Shown piece by piece: positions 25,170 to 37,472 of a DNA stretch of 64,000 bases (the stretch's first letter is position 1; each line of letters starts with the position of its first letter). The stretch is from positions 5,466,729-5,530,728 of the forward strand of contig OZ037770.1 in NCBI GenBank assembly GCA_964035545.1, written 5' to 3'. A model generated the notes under the pieces. It was not told where the DNA came from and made no database searches. It saw only the letters and a program-made list of their open reading frames with translations. The position numbers were made by a program, and so were the translations under genes. The stretch comes from Bugula neritina. Its lineage: Eukaryota > Animalia > Bryozoa.

Positions 25170-28100
25170 TGTAGTGGAAATCAAAGTACGCACTAACACC
25201 ACATATTTGTTTTTGTTGTAAGTTGTTTTGCCCCGCCACATTTTTTTGTATGTTTAATTAATTAAATATGTGAGTCGAAGCTCGGCCAAATTCGGAGCCA
25301 AAGGTACGATTTCGGAAGGGTCTGTACGATTTTGGGCAGATCCTTTTCGACTTCGGCCGGCGGATCACCTAACTTCGGCCGAGTTTCAGACCCCCATAGT
25401 GCCGAAAAATGTTTGCTGTATATAAAGGCGAGCATTTTCAGTGCTAATCAGTATTACACTGGAGCTCGCAGAAGAAGGAACTAACAACCAATAAAGATTA
25501 TTGAATGCAAACTACAAATTTTATTCAAGAAATGACAACATTGGCATGCAGACTACGTAGTCTATTTTATACAAACCCGCAAAATCATAAAATTGGTAGC
25601 AGCGATGGGATAAAATAGATAAGTACGACAAGCAGCCATTTGAGAAGAAGGAAGAAAAAACGATGGGAGATGAAGGAGAGGAAGAGATGGTGGGAGAGAG
25701 AGAAGAGGATGATCGTCTCACTATAGAAACTCGCATCACGGCCTTCCGAGAAGTTAGCAGGGCCGGGCATGCAGTACTTGGAGACAGGTATCGCCTCAGG
25801 CGCCCGATTTTTGGAGGCGACGGAGACATCGAACAATTCATTAAGAAGTTTAAAGAGGTAGCCACCCTCGCCGAATGGCCGGCACAGGTGCGCCTTCTTC
25901 ATCTCCGTACTTGCTGAACAGGTCAAGCAAAGAGTTATGCTCTCGGGCATGATGTCAGGCACATTTTTCAGGCCTTCAGGTCTCGCTTCGGGCTGACCGC
26001 CTGAGCCGCCAGGGATCATCTACGAACCATACGCAGAGATAGGAAAACCTCATTTCAAGATCATGCAGATGCTATTGAGGCACTAGCACAGGTAGCCCAT
26101 AGCAATGACGAACCCGAAGCACAAAGAAGCGCTGTGTACGAGGCCTTCTTTCATACCATCAACAACCCCTGGTTGCAACGCTATTACTTAGCAGCGAAGG
26201 TTACTACTATCAAGGAAGCCCTGGCTTTGGGCAAGGCCTACTACCAAGTGGACGAACCTCAGTGCGCGGATTTCACCACCAATCAGGTTGAGGAACAGCT
26301 GAAGGTCCTCAAGCCGGATCCACCAAGCTCACAGAATGTGGCAGCCGCTACCGCTACACCATCGCCTGACCAGCTGACCATGTTGATGGACATGGTGAAA
26401 GGCTTACAGGCTGACATGAAGCAGATGCAACGAGAACAGGCTGATAGACGGACGCCCAGACCTCGGGGCAAACCAATCAGCACTTCGCACCTCACCTGTT
26501 GGGGATGTGGTGCCCGGGGACATGTGCGAAGGCAATGCTCCCAAGAGAGAAGGGTGTCTTTAAACACCCAAGGCTCGCGGAAACTTCCGCCAACCGTGGG
26601 CCCCAAGCCATCCCCATCCGGGAGGAAATAACCAAAAGGACCTTTTCCAGGCCTGCTGATGTCAAGTGGCAGGCACCTCGGAGACATCAGAGACTGCCAA
26701 GTCTACGCGATTCTCTAGCTCAGCCACTGAAGACCCGGGTGGAGCCTAAAGATACAGGATGGCAGGCACCTCTGAGATCTCGGAAACCGCAAGGTGTGCC
26801 CGATCCTCCGGCCTGGCCACTCCAAAATTGGTTCGCAAGGTTGCCTGAAGAGACTGTGGAAAAAGATTCAGCTTACTCGCAAGAGTATCCTAAGTTACCC
26901 TCCCAGTCTCAGAAAACCCCCGTTGTCTGTAAGACAAAGAGGAGGCCCGCTGTAAGGGCCCAAGAAGTGTCTCCCCCAGAGACTGACCGACCCAGGAGCC
27001 CCCAGCCGTACGAAAGCAGCTACTTCCTATCTAGAAAAAGTTCGTGTAAAGCTACCACTTTCCTGCTGGGGACAGGGTGCACTACAAGCCTGCTAAGTCG
27101 GCGTCTCTTCGACACACTCGGTGCCCGAGAGCAGGCAAGCCTCGAGCTGTACATGGGAGCACATGGTACGTTGGCGGACGGATCGTTTATTCTTTTCTAC
27201 GACATTATTAGGTTACCTTGACGCGTTCGTGATCAAGCAATTGACAGATGTCATTTCTGGAGAAACACCAGTGTTACATGGATTCCCAGAAGTCGGTGGT
27301 GGTGATGGCTGGGAAAGAGCTCGCCTATGTGGACAAGTTTGGTAGGCCCTTGGTGGGCGGAGTCCAGGTAGTACAGGCCTGCAGGGTTCCAGGAAGATCC
27401 CAAGCTACTCTCCGATGTAGAGTCAACTGCAAGGGGATTGCTGCCCAGGAGTGGTGAAGGGAACACACGGAGCAATTCAACTGGCGAACAGCCTTAATTG
27501 GCTAGACTGTCGGAGGGAGCTCCTCGTGCAGTGCATCAACCCCTTCACGGAACCAGTCCAATTGTTGGCTGGGGCACTGGTGGGAAAGTACCACTCCATC
27601 CAAGAAGCTGATGTAAGGCCGGCACTGGACACAGTGGCCGACACTCAGGGAGACTCTCCTCGTGCCAGTCGAGGAGCAGTCCTAAAACACATGGCTAACC
27701 TTTACGGTGGAGCATGTGGCAACTGTACTAGTAGTGCCAAACGCCAGGTACTGACTGGCTCAACTACTGATGTAGTACAGGGGAATTGGGCTGATTAAGG
27801 TTATCTCTCATGAGATACCCCTGGCAGCCGGCACCACCCCTATCCGACAGCCGACCCGACGGAGAAGGAGGTGAGCCGACAGGTGCAGGCTCTTCTCGAC
27901 TGGGACTTGATTGAGCCTGCTCACGGTGCGTGGAGCTCTCCCGTAGTCCTGGTCAAGAAGAAGGATGGTAGCTGGAGACACTGTGTCAGCTACCGCAGAC
28001 TCAACAGCGTCACCATCCAGGATGCCTACCCTCTCCCACAAATAGATGAGTCTCTGGATGCCCTCGCAAGTAGCAAGTACTTTAGTACTTTGGATCTGCT

Positions 28101-31100
28101 TAGCGGGTACTGGCATGTACCTCTCAGTTCTGATGCCCAGGACAAAGCAGCATTCATTACTCACGATGGGCTCTGAAAATGGAAGGTACCGTCATTTGGA
28201 CTTACGTTTGCCCCGGCAACCTTCCAACGGCTCATGGAGCAGGTGCTCAGTGGGTTGCACTGAAAGACCCTCCTCATCTATCTAGACGACATCAGTGTTA
28301 TCTCCCCAGACTTTATTACTCATGCCAGTCGTCTGCCAGAGGTCTTCGACCGCCTCCGGGCAGCTGGACAGAAGTTGAAGCCCTCCAAGTGCGCGCTCCT
28401 TCAACAGGAAGTCACGTACCTGGGCCATATGGTTGGCCGCGATGGGGTTGCCACCGATCTGGAGAAGTTACAAGCTGTGAAAGAGTGGGCTGTCCCCCGG
28501 GACCTCTCCAAATTGCGGGCATTCCAGGGCCTAGTAGGGTACTACAGACAGTACATACCTGGGTTTGCAGGGGTGGCTCAGCCTTTAAATCGGCTAACCA
28601 CCAAGGGGGTGCGGTGGCAGTGGACACAGGGGGAGCAGCAGACATTCGATCACCTCAAACAACGGCTAGTGGAGGCGCCGATTCTGGTGGATCCTGATCC
28701 AGCCGAAGAGTACACCCTGGACACAGACGCCAGCGACCACAACGTGGAAGCTGTTCTGTCTCAAGTCCAGGGTGGAAGTGAGGTGGTTGTTGCTTATTAC
28801 AGAAAGACTCTTGTAGCCGCCGCCGAAAAGAACTACTGCACTACTAGGAAGGAACTTCTAGCAGTAGTCAGGGCAGTCAAGCACTTCCTGCCATATCTGT
28901 ATGGGAGAACGTTCAGATTACGAACAGACCATGCATCCCTGATATGGCTGTGCAAGCGTGCAGAGCCCTCGAGTCAGGTAGCTCCCAGGCTAGAGATTCT
29001 TGCTGAGTTCTCCTACCGGATAGAGCACCGGGCCGGTAAGAAACACGAGAACGCCGACGGCATGAGTCGCCAGCCGGTAGAAGACAGCAAGCAATGCCTG
29101 CACATTGAGAAGCGTGATGGGGGCCTCGCTTGCCTTGACCTCAAGGCACAGTTGGGAGAAGGCAACGTCTATCGTTGGGAGCACGGCCATCTTCGGCCCG
29201 AAACTCACTCTTATGCTGTCTAGTCACTTCGCGCCAACCTCACGCTGTACCAGAATATCAAAGAGCTGTGTCGACTACAATAGACATTATCCGAAACAGC
29301 CGCTGATATCTTCAGGGCAAAGAAGGACGGTCGGCGACCCACGGAAGAGCAACAGCGACATAAGGACGCAAAGTTCAGGTTGCTCTGTCACCGCTGGAAT
29401 TCTCTTCAGATCCGTGCAGACGGCCTCCTGACAACAACACTTGCAGCAGACAACCGACAACAGGAGAGAGATCGTGTCGTATGTCTACGCGCTCTCCATC
29501 GAGAACTCATCTGGGATACCCATAAACAAGCCTACGCTGGGGCCAGTCAGGTTATCAGATGCCTGCAGATGCAGTGGTATTGGCCTGGGATGACCGGGAT
29601 GTCCGACTAAAAATCCGACAATGCGAGATCTGTCAAGCCAACAAACACGGGCGCCTCACCGAGACCACAGGCCGGCGCCGGCTGTACGCCGACTGGCCTT
29701 GGCAGATCGTAGCCTTGGACCTTGTGAGACCAATGCCCACAACAGATAGAGGAAACGCCTAGATTTTGGTTTTGACAGACCACTTCACACGGTGGGCGGA
29801 TGCCTTGGCTATCCCCGATGCAGCGGCACCCACGGTAGCCCAGGTCCCGGACCAACACGTGTTCTGTTACTTTGGCCTACAGGAACAGATACACACCAAT
29901 CAGGGCGCCCAATTCTAATCAGAACTAATGAAAGACCTCTGCGAAGTATAGGAGGTGAATCAAAGCCGGACCACCCCGTACCACCCTCAAGGAAACGGGG
30001 TGATAGAAAGAAACAATCTAATGCTGGGTGATGTTCTTCAGAGTCTCTTGTTGGGGAGGAGTCAAGAAGAGCGGGACATCATGTTACCACAAATTATGCG
30101 AGCTTATCGGAGTACCTCTCACTCTAGTACACATGAAATACCAAATCTGCTGATGTTGGGTCGCGAAACTAAAGTTCCGGGACATCTCACTTACCACGTT
30201 CCAGCTCCCGAATTTCCCGTACATGAGTATGTAGGAAAGTTGGTCGAGACCATGAGGAAAGCTTGTGAAGCCCTGCGAAAGAAACAGTGGGCAGTGCGAA
30301 CAGAAGATTTTGAGGAGCTTCCCTTATACAAAGAAGGGGACTGGGTGTGGATGGTCAGCTACCGTAGGCGTCGCGGACAGTCGGCCAAATTGCAGCCAAA
30401 GTTCGTCGTACCCTACTGCGTAGAGGAGGTTTTGCTCAACCACACATACCGTGTGAAGCGCTCAGGACAAACCGCTGTCCAAAACGAGCAGCGGCTAAAA
30501 CCTTACTACAAAAGCCCAGAAGCAGCAAGACAAGCACCCCCACTGCTGGAGCCCCCCCCGCCAACCCGTCTCTCGGGGGAGGGTAGCTCGGCCTAGAAAC
30601 CAGGAGATCTTTGTCCGCATTTCTGAAGAGCTTAATGACACACAGCGGCCACCACCCCAGCCACAGCTAGAGGATCGGCCAATCCCGGGCTTGACCTCGG
30701 TGGCCCTATGACAGAGGACCCCACACCACCACCAGAGAACCCAGGGCCTATCGCACCACCAGAAAACCTAAAAAAAGCACCCCCAATACAAAACACTCCA
30801 GACCGGCCAGATACTTCAGCCGCTAACACCTTAGAAAAAAGAAAAAGGGATAGAAGACCCCCAAAATACTGGGCTGACTACCACATTGGAGGTCTAACCA
30901 ACCCCAAAATATCGAATTGTTTGCTCCAAACAAATATAAATTCAGTTCACAGCCTTAACCTAGGCAATAAATACCTCTAAAACTAGAGACACTCGAAACC
31001 GAAATTCGGAGACAAACCGATCTCCGGAGTTACCCAACTTAACTGACCAATTGACCGATTACGTGACTGGCGATTCCGCGAATTTGGAATTTAAAATTCA

Positions 31101-31900
31101 AAACTTGGCCATTTTCACCACTGCTTTGAAAGAGAACAGATGTGCTTCCAACTTAGTAATCAGAACCAAAAAGAAAATAGAACCAACAATCACTGAAATT
31201 ACCAACACACTTACGCGATCAGGTATTTCCAACATACTAGAACCTTCTTTTACGGAGTATAGTAGCTCGTTTGATTCATTTTCACCTGATTATCAGTTGG
31301 AAACTGAATTATTCCATGACAGTGAGTGTGGGGTAGATTTAGAATAGTCCCCAGTCCACGACTACCTGCTAGATCAGGAAATCGGACGAGTGGCTCTTCA
31401 ACTGTCACCTCATTTACCACTCAGTCAGAGAGTTCCGTACAAAGAGATGCCGAATTTGGGCATCAACCAAATCGGCCCATCACGGCCCCTACTTTCTGTT
31501 GCAGAAGCCATGGAATGTGAGGAGGTTGGGACTCCCCACCCCGAGTAACTCCGGAGACAGCTGCTGTCAGCCCGCAGGGGCCTCTGTCACCTCAGCCTGT
31601 ACCTCCTAACCACCCAGAGGAGAACACTACCTCCCCCCAGCCGACGACCCTCCGTCAGAAGAAGACATAAAGCTAAGAGAGGAGCCTGCGTGCCAACAGC
31701 TAGCCCTTCCACAAATGCTAACAAAAAGGCCCCACTGGACCACAGCTGACACAAGAGCACGGATAGAGAGAGATTGTGGAGAGGCTGGCAACCGCAAGTG
31801 CCGCTTTCGGGGCGACCCTCGCTTTGGATCATCAAGTATTCTTTTAGCTCTGGTTATCTGACAGATTCATACAACCAGGGTGCCCAGCACTAGTCTCAGG
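25170..31900 (+). mobile_element. Near full-length decayed Ty3/gypsy LTR retrotransposon (5' LTR ~25170-25590, gag, PR-RT-RH-IN, accessory region; 3' LTR not seen)
   Basis: TATA (~25418) and AATAAA (~25490) in the LTR, then PBS. Gag with CWGCGARGHVRRQC; protease FLLGTG (catalytic D lost); RT AWSSPVVLV..DLLSGYW..YLDD; RNase H LDTDASD; IN WYWPGM..CEIC..GVIERNN. Many stops and frameshifts. Confidence 0.92.
25594..25611 (+). promoter_or_regulatory. Primer binding site, probably tRNA-Leu
   Basis: TGGTAGCAGCGATGGGAT versus TGGTGGCAGCGGTGGGAT (complement of the animal tRNA-Leu 3' end, from memory); lies just before gag. Confidence 0.65.
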
Positions 31901-34900
31901 ACCGCCGAAAAAACGCCAACGAGCCGTCAATAGTTTGAATGTGACGAGCCAATCAGATAAAAACATTCTACCATATTCAAGTGGAATGAAATAGTATAGC
32001 ACATCAGTTAGATTTTAAGTTTGACACATGAATACTTCTCTCTGTTTTCTCATAACAATGAGCAACATAAATGTTTTGAGTATTTTTTTCTGACGAATAA
32101 CCCATACCAATTTTATAAAAGCTTTTACTAAGCATAAAATTACAACAATATAAACAATAATTTTAGATAAAATAGTCTGTCCAAATTGTTAATGATAAAA
32201 GTGGCACTGGTAATAATAGCGCAGGCAGTAGTGTGACAATTGCAAAAGTAGGTAGAAACGGCAAACTAAGGTTGAATCTAGACAAATTCGACATACAAAC
32301 TCCAAACCTGATGCCCCAATCCTAAACTCAAACCTCAAACCTAAATACACCATCTCAAACTTTAACCTAACTGTTGAAAATGTGGCATTTTTACCGAACA
32401 GAGCTAAGCATAGTACTACTTAATAATTATTACCATCAAAAATATTTATATTATTGAAATATTCATACTCACACTGCTACAAGTGTTGCATCAAAATCGC
32501 ATAAGCAATCATATTCATATTCATAATAAATACTAGTATTCACTTTTTAGATTAATTTATGCATTGCATTACTGTCAAGATCATGCATGAATAGATGATT
32601 AGGATCGAAATAATATTTATATAAAATTTGAATAACATAATCATTTGGTTAAGTATTACTAACTTCAATCGGTGTCCGACATGTATTGATATGAGCTATT
32701 ACTACTAGTATCTACCTCTAGTTCAAAACTATAATATTCAGCATCACCAGACAAGCTTGATTGAGATGTGACCAGCTGCTGAGTGGTGAAGACAATGACT
32801 GTTGCTGATGATAACTTGTTGTAAAGACATGCTTTACCCTCATGATTCTTATCTCTGATAGTCAATATGTCAAAAAATCTCTTGTTTGTTTAAAGGCTCT
32901 ATCACTGTGAGAAACTGGTGGTAAAAGTCTTAACCACTGCTGGGTTAAAAACTGTGTCTCTCATAAAACTGATAACACAGTGTGAGAGCCGCATGCATTC
33001 TTGTATGCTATTAAGTGTTGTCTACATTCAACTGGTTTACCATATTCACAGCGAGCTTTGTGCTTGTTGAAAACACCCAACTATGGCTATTTGGTTTAAT
33101 GCAAGGTTGTATGTTTTTATTCATCACAATTTCACCTTTGATCGTTGATTATTAAATGTATCATAATTCTGACAATTAAATTGATATTATAATGCTTGTA
33201 TGGGTTTATAAGGCTTTAATTGTATTTTGGTATAAATTTTCACATGCAATTGCAATTTAAATGATCCAAGCCTTGTTGGAAGTTTTTGGTTGCAACAATG
33301 AACAATAAATTAGAATAGAAATTTCCTTAAAAACTAGAATTTTGTGAATATAAATTCAGCAAATTTTTGGCAGTAAATATGCAATCAAATATATTTTGTT
33401 GGAATGTCATTTTAATTTCATAATTTTAACCTAATGAAACATAATTTTGAAAACTTGATAGGTTCTATTTGAGTGCTAATTACTTTGTTTATGTGAGCAA
33501 CTAATAAACAAATTAGTAATGGTTGCTAAGGAGAATTGTTTAATAACTGAATTATAAATTATCAAAGCAGCACATAACATGTTCCTTGCTCTTATATACT
33601 GATATGCTATCTTTATGAGCGTAATAAAAGTAATATAAGCACCTAATATAAGTTATAGTTCTTCAAATTACTAAAATTTAAACTTATGTTTCTGAACTGA
33701 AACTTAAAAATATAATTAAAAATGTTACTGCTGATTAGTTGAATAGTTTTTTTTAATATAATTATTGTAAAATTTTGCCCATCAACTATAATACTACTTG
33801 GAGACTAGCAGTGGAACGCATAATAATAATAATTGCTGACAAGCTATACAATCATTTACCTCTAGACTTATAATATGTCAGTCATGAACATATATGCTGA
33901 CTGAGAATATGAGCATAATTATATGCACTAAGTAAATTATCAGGGCAATGGTACATTTTCAATGAATAAGTTTTATATAGTATTCTCTTATCAACTATGA
34001 AATCTTATTAAATACATGAATTCAATCAAATGTATAACCAAATGCTGCTTAATAACAATAAATTTGTCTCAAGTCTTCCTCAAAACAATGACTTAGTAAT
34101 AAAGTTCATACAATATATCACATCAAAATATCATACATAATCATTTTTATATCCATGCTAATATTCACATTTTAGAAATTTTATGCATTACGCTATTGTC
34201 AAAATTATGAACATATAATTTAAATAAAATTATTATTCATTTAAACTTTGAATAACATAATCATTAGGTTTAATTATACTAACTTCAATTGGTGTTCGAC
34301 ATGTCTTGATATGAGCTATTACTACGTGTATCTACCTCCTGTTCAATGTCCCAATATTCGGCATCACCAGAAGGAGTAATTAAGATACGTACAACTATAG
34401 CTGCTGAGTAATAAAGAAAATGACTGTTGCTGAAGGCTAACTTGTTGTTGAAACATGCTTTACCCTCGTGATTCTCATCTCTAATAGTCAATATGTCAAT
34501 AAATCTCTTGTTTGTTTAAAGGCTCTATCACTGTGAGAAGCTGGTGGTAAGATACTTAACCACTGCTGGGTTAAAAACTGTGTCTCTCATAAAACTGATA
34601 ACACAGTGTGAGAGCCGCATGCATTCTTGTATGCTATTAAGTGTTGTCTACATTCAACTGGTTTACCATATTCACTGCAGCGAGCTTTGTGCTTGTTGAA
34701 AACACCCAACTATGGCTATCTGGTCTAATGCAAGGTTGCATGTTTTTATTCATCACAATTTCACCTTTGATCGTTGATTATTAAATGTATCATAATTCTG
34801 ACAATAAAATTGATATTATAATGCTTGCATAGGTTTATAAGGCTTTAATTGTATTTTGGTATAACTTTTCACAATTGCAATTTAAATGATCCAACCCTTG

Positions 34901-36155
34901 TTAGAAGTTTTTGGTTGTAAAAATGAACTATAGATTAGAATAGAAATTTTTTTGAATACTAGTATTTTGTAAATATAAATTCAGCAGATTTTTGGCAGTA
35001 AATATGCAACCGAATATATTTTGTTGGAATGTTGTTTTAATTTCATAATTCTAACCTAATGAAACATAACATTGAAAATTTGTTTATATCAGCAGCTAAT
35101 AAACAAGTTGGTGATAGTTGCTACATTATGGAAATGTTTATTACCCTATAAAATATAGATTATCAAAGCAGCACATAACATGTTCCCTGCTCTCATGTAC
35201 TGATATACTATCTTTATGAGTGTAATAAAAATAATATAAACACCTAATATAAGTTGTAATTCCTCAAACTACTAAAATTTAAACTTATGCTTCTGAACTG
35301 AAACTTAAAAATATAATTAAAAATGTTACTGCTGACCAGTTGAACAGGTTTTTTAATCTAATAATTGTAAAATTTCGCCCATCAACTATAATACTACTTG
35401 GAGACTAGCAGTGGAACGCATAATAATAATAATTACTGACAGGCTATACAATCATTTACCTCTAGACTTATAATATGTCAGTCATGAACATATATGCTGA
35501 CTGAGAATAAGAGCATAATTATATGCGCTAAGTAAATTATCAGGGCAATGGTACATTTTCAATGAATAAGTTTTATACAGTATTCTCTTATCAACTATGA
35601 AATCTTATTAAATACATGAATTAAATCAAATGTTTAACCAAATGCTGCTTAATAACAATTAATTTGTTTCAAGTCTTCCTCAAAACAATGACTTAGTAAT
35701 AAAGTTCATACAATATATCACATCAAAATATCATACATAACCATTTTTATATCCATGCTAATATTCACATTTTAGAAATTTTATGCATTACGCTATTGTC
35801 AAGATTATGAACAGATAATTTAAATAAAATTATTATTCATTTAAACTTTGAATAACATAATCATTAGGTTTAATTATACTAACTTCAATTGGTGTTCGAC
35901 ATGTCTTGATATGAGCTATTACTACGTGTATCTACCTCCTGTTCAATATCATAATATTCAGCATCACCAGAAGGAGTAATTAAGATACGTACAACTATAT
36001 CTGCTGAGTGATAAAGATAATGACTGTTGCTGAGGCTAACTTTTTGTTGAAACATGCTTTACCCTCATGATTCTTATCTCTGATAGTCAATATGTCAATA
36101 AAACTGTTTGCTTAAAGGCTCTATCACTGTGAGAAGCTGGTGGTAAGAGACTTAA

Positions 36156-36924
36156 AGGATTGCTCAATCTTAGTTTATTACGATCACATTATAATTATGA
36201 ACTATAATTTAATGTGTATGCAAACAATTGTGGCTTTGCAAAGGGATATGTGCCTAGAAAATAGCTTTTCAAAATTCCAATTTTGAGGGCGGTAAAACTT
36301 TCAGCCATGAAAAAGAATAGCCTAATACGTGGCGTGTGGACGCCAGTAACTATGCTGCACGTGCTAACTATACCGCTAGTATTCAAGGTTGCTGAGCACA
36401 ATATCAACCAATAACGCTCAAGCAGCTACAGTGCGCTAAATAGGTCAGCTTTGGTGTGCCCGTAATATTGCACAATCTGACCTAGTTTAGATCAATTGCA
36501 GGCATCCATCCTAAAGAACGCATGTTTTTGCAATGCTTTTTTCTAATGTTTACAAGCAAAATATGGCCTAATGTTATTACATACATGTTATTTAAAATGT
36601 CAAAAAACTATAGATTGAGATAATTCACATTTGCACTTCTATAAATATACAAATTTCGAGCTGAAAGATCACATCTCACAGTCATATTTCTATAGTTATT
36701 CATTTGTATAGTCACGTGAACAGCAGGAATGCTGGCGCTGTTACGTCACATTTCCCAGCTCATTTCAAAATCGGCATTTTGGCTGTTACCAATCTACACC
36801 CTCAACTTCAACTAACTTTTTCTACCTTTGGTCAAATGCTTTTTGTCAATGCATGCTTAGAAAAACACAATATTATGTGTGTTTGACCTAAATGGCCATT
36901 TATTAGACAAGATAGAGCAATCCT
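36156..36924. mobile_element. Non-autonomous Kolobok-like DNA transposon (769 bp, TTAA TSD)
   Basis: TTAA|AGGATTGCTCAATCTT ... AAGATAGAGCAATCCT|TTAA. Sister repeat units show the empty site (cttaaccactgctggg). Confidence 0.9.
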
Positions 36925-37472
36925 TTAACCACTGCTGGGCTAAAAACTGTGCCTCTCTTCAAACTGATAACACAGCGTGAGAGCCGCATGCATTCTTGTA
37001 TGCTATTAAGTGTTGTCTACATTCAACTGGTTTACCATTATATTTGCTGCAGCGAGCTTTGTGCTTGTTGAATTAAGCACCCAACTATGGGTAGTTAGTA
37101 TAGTAAAAGATTGTATGTGTATATTCATCATTTTTTCACCTCTGATGGTTGATTATTAAATGTATCATAATTCTGACCATAAAATTGATATTATAATGCT
37201 TGTATGGGTTTATAAGGCTTTAATTGTATTTTGGTATAACTTTTCACAATTGCAATTTAAATGATCCAAGCCTTGTTAGAAATTTTTGGTTGTAAAAATA
37301 AACTATAAATTAGAATAGAAATTTTTTTAAATACTAGAATTTTGTGATTATAAATTCAGCAAATTTCGGCAGTAAATATGCAACCGAATATATTTTGTTG
37401 GAATGTTGTTTTAATTTCATAATTCTAACCTAATGAAACATAACATTGAAAATTTGTTTACATCACCAGCTA

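Noticed and set aside
25521-29858. Antisense ORFs overlapping gypsy gag/pol
   Set aside because: Shadow frames of GC-richer coding sequence with no recognisable motifs.
32965-32995. Hammerhead-ribozyme-like CTGATAA-CAC-AGT-GTG-AGAG
   Set aside because: The core deviates from CUGANGA...GAAA and stems I/III cannot be built convincingly.
32881-33010. RSS-like arrangement (CACTGTG ... CACAGTG heptamers flanking 66 bp, left one with a nonamer-like ACAAACAAG) in each tandem unit, suggestive of V(D)J-type segments
   Set aside because: Left spacer is 13 nt with a 6/9 nonamer, the right heptamer has no nonamer at 12 or 23 nt and is mutated in one copy, and there is no RAG/Transib gene here. An ordinary inverted repeat explains it.
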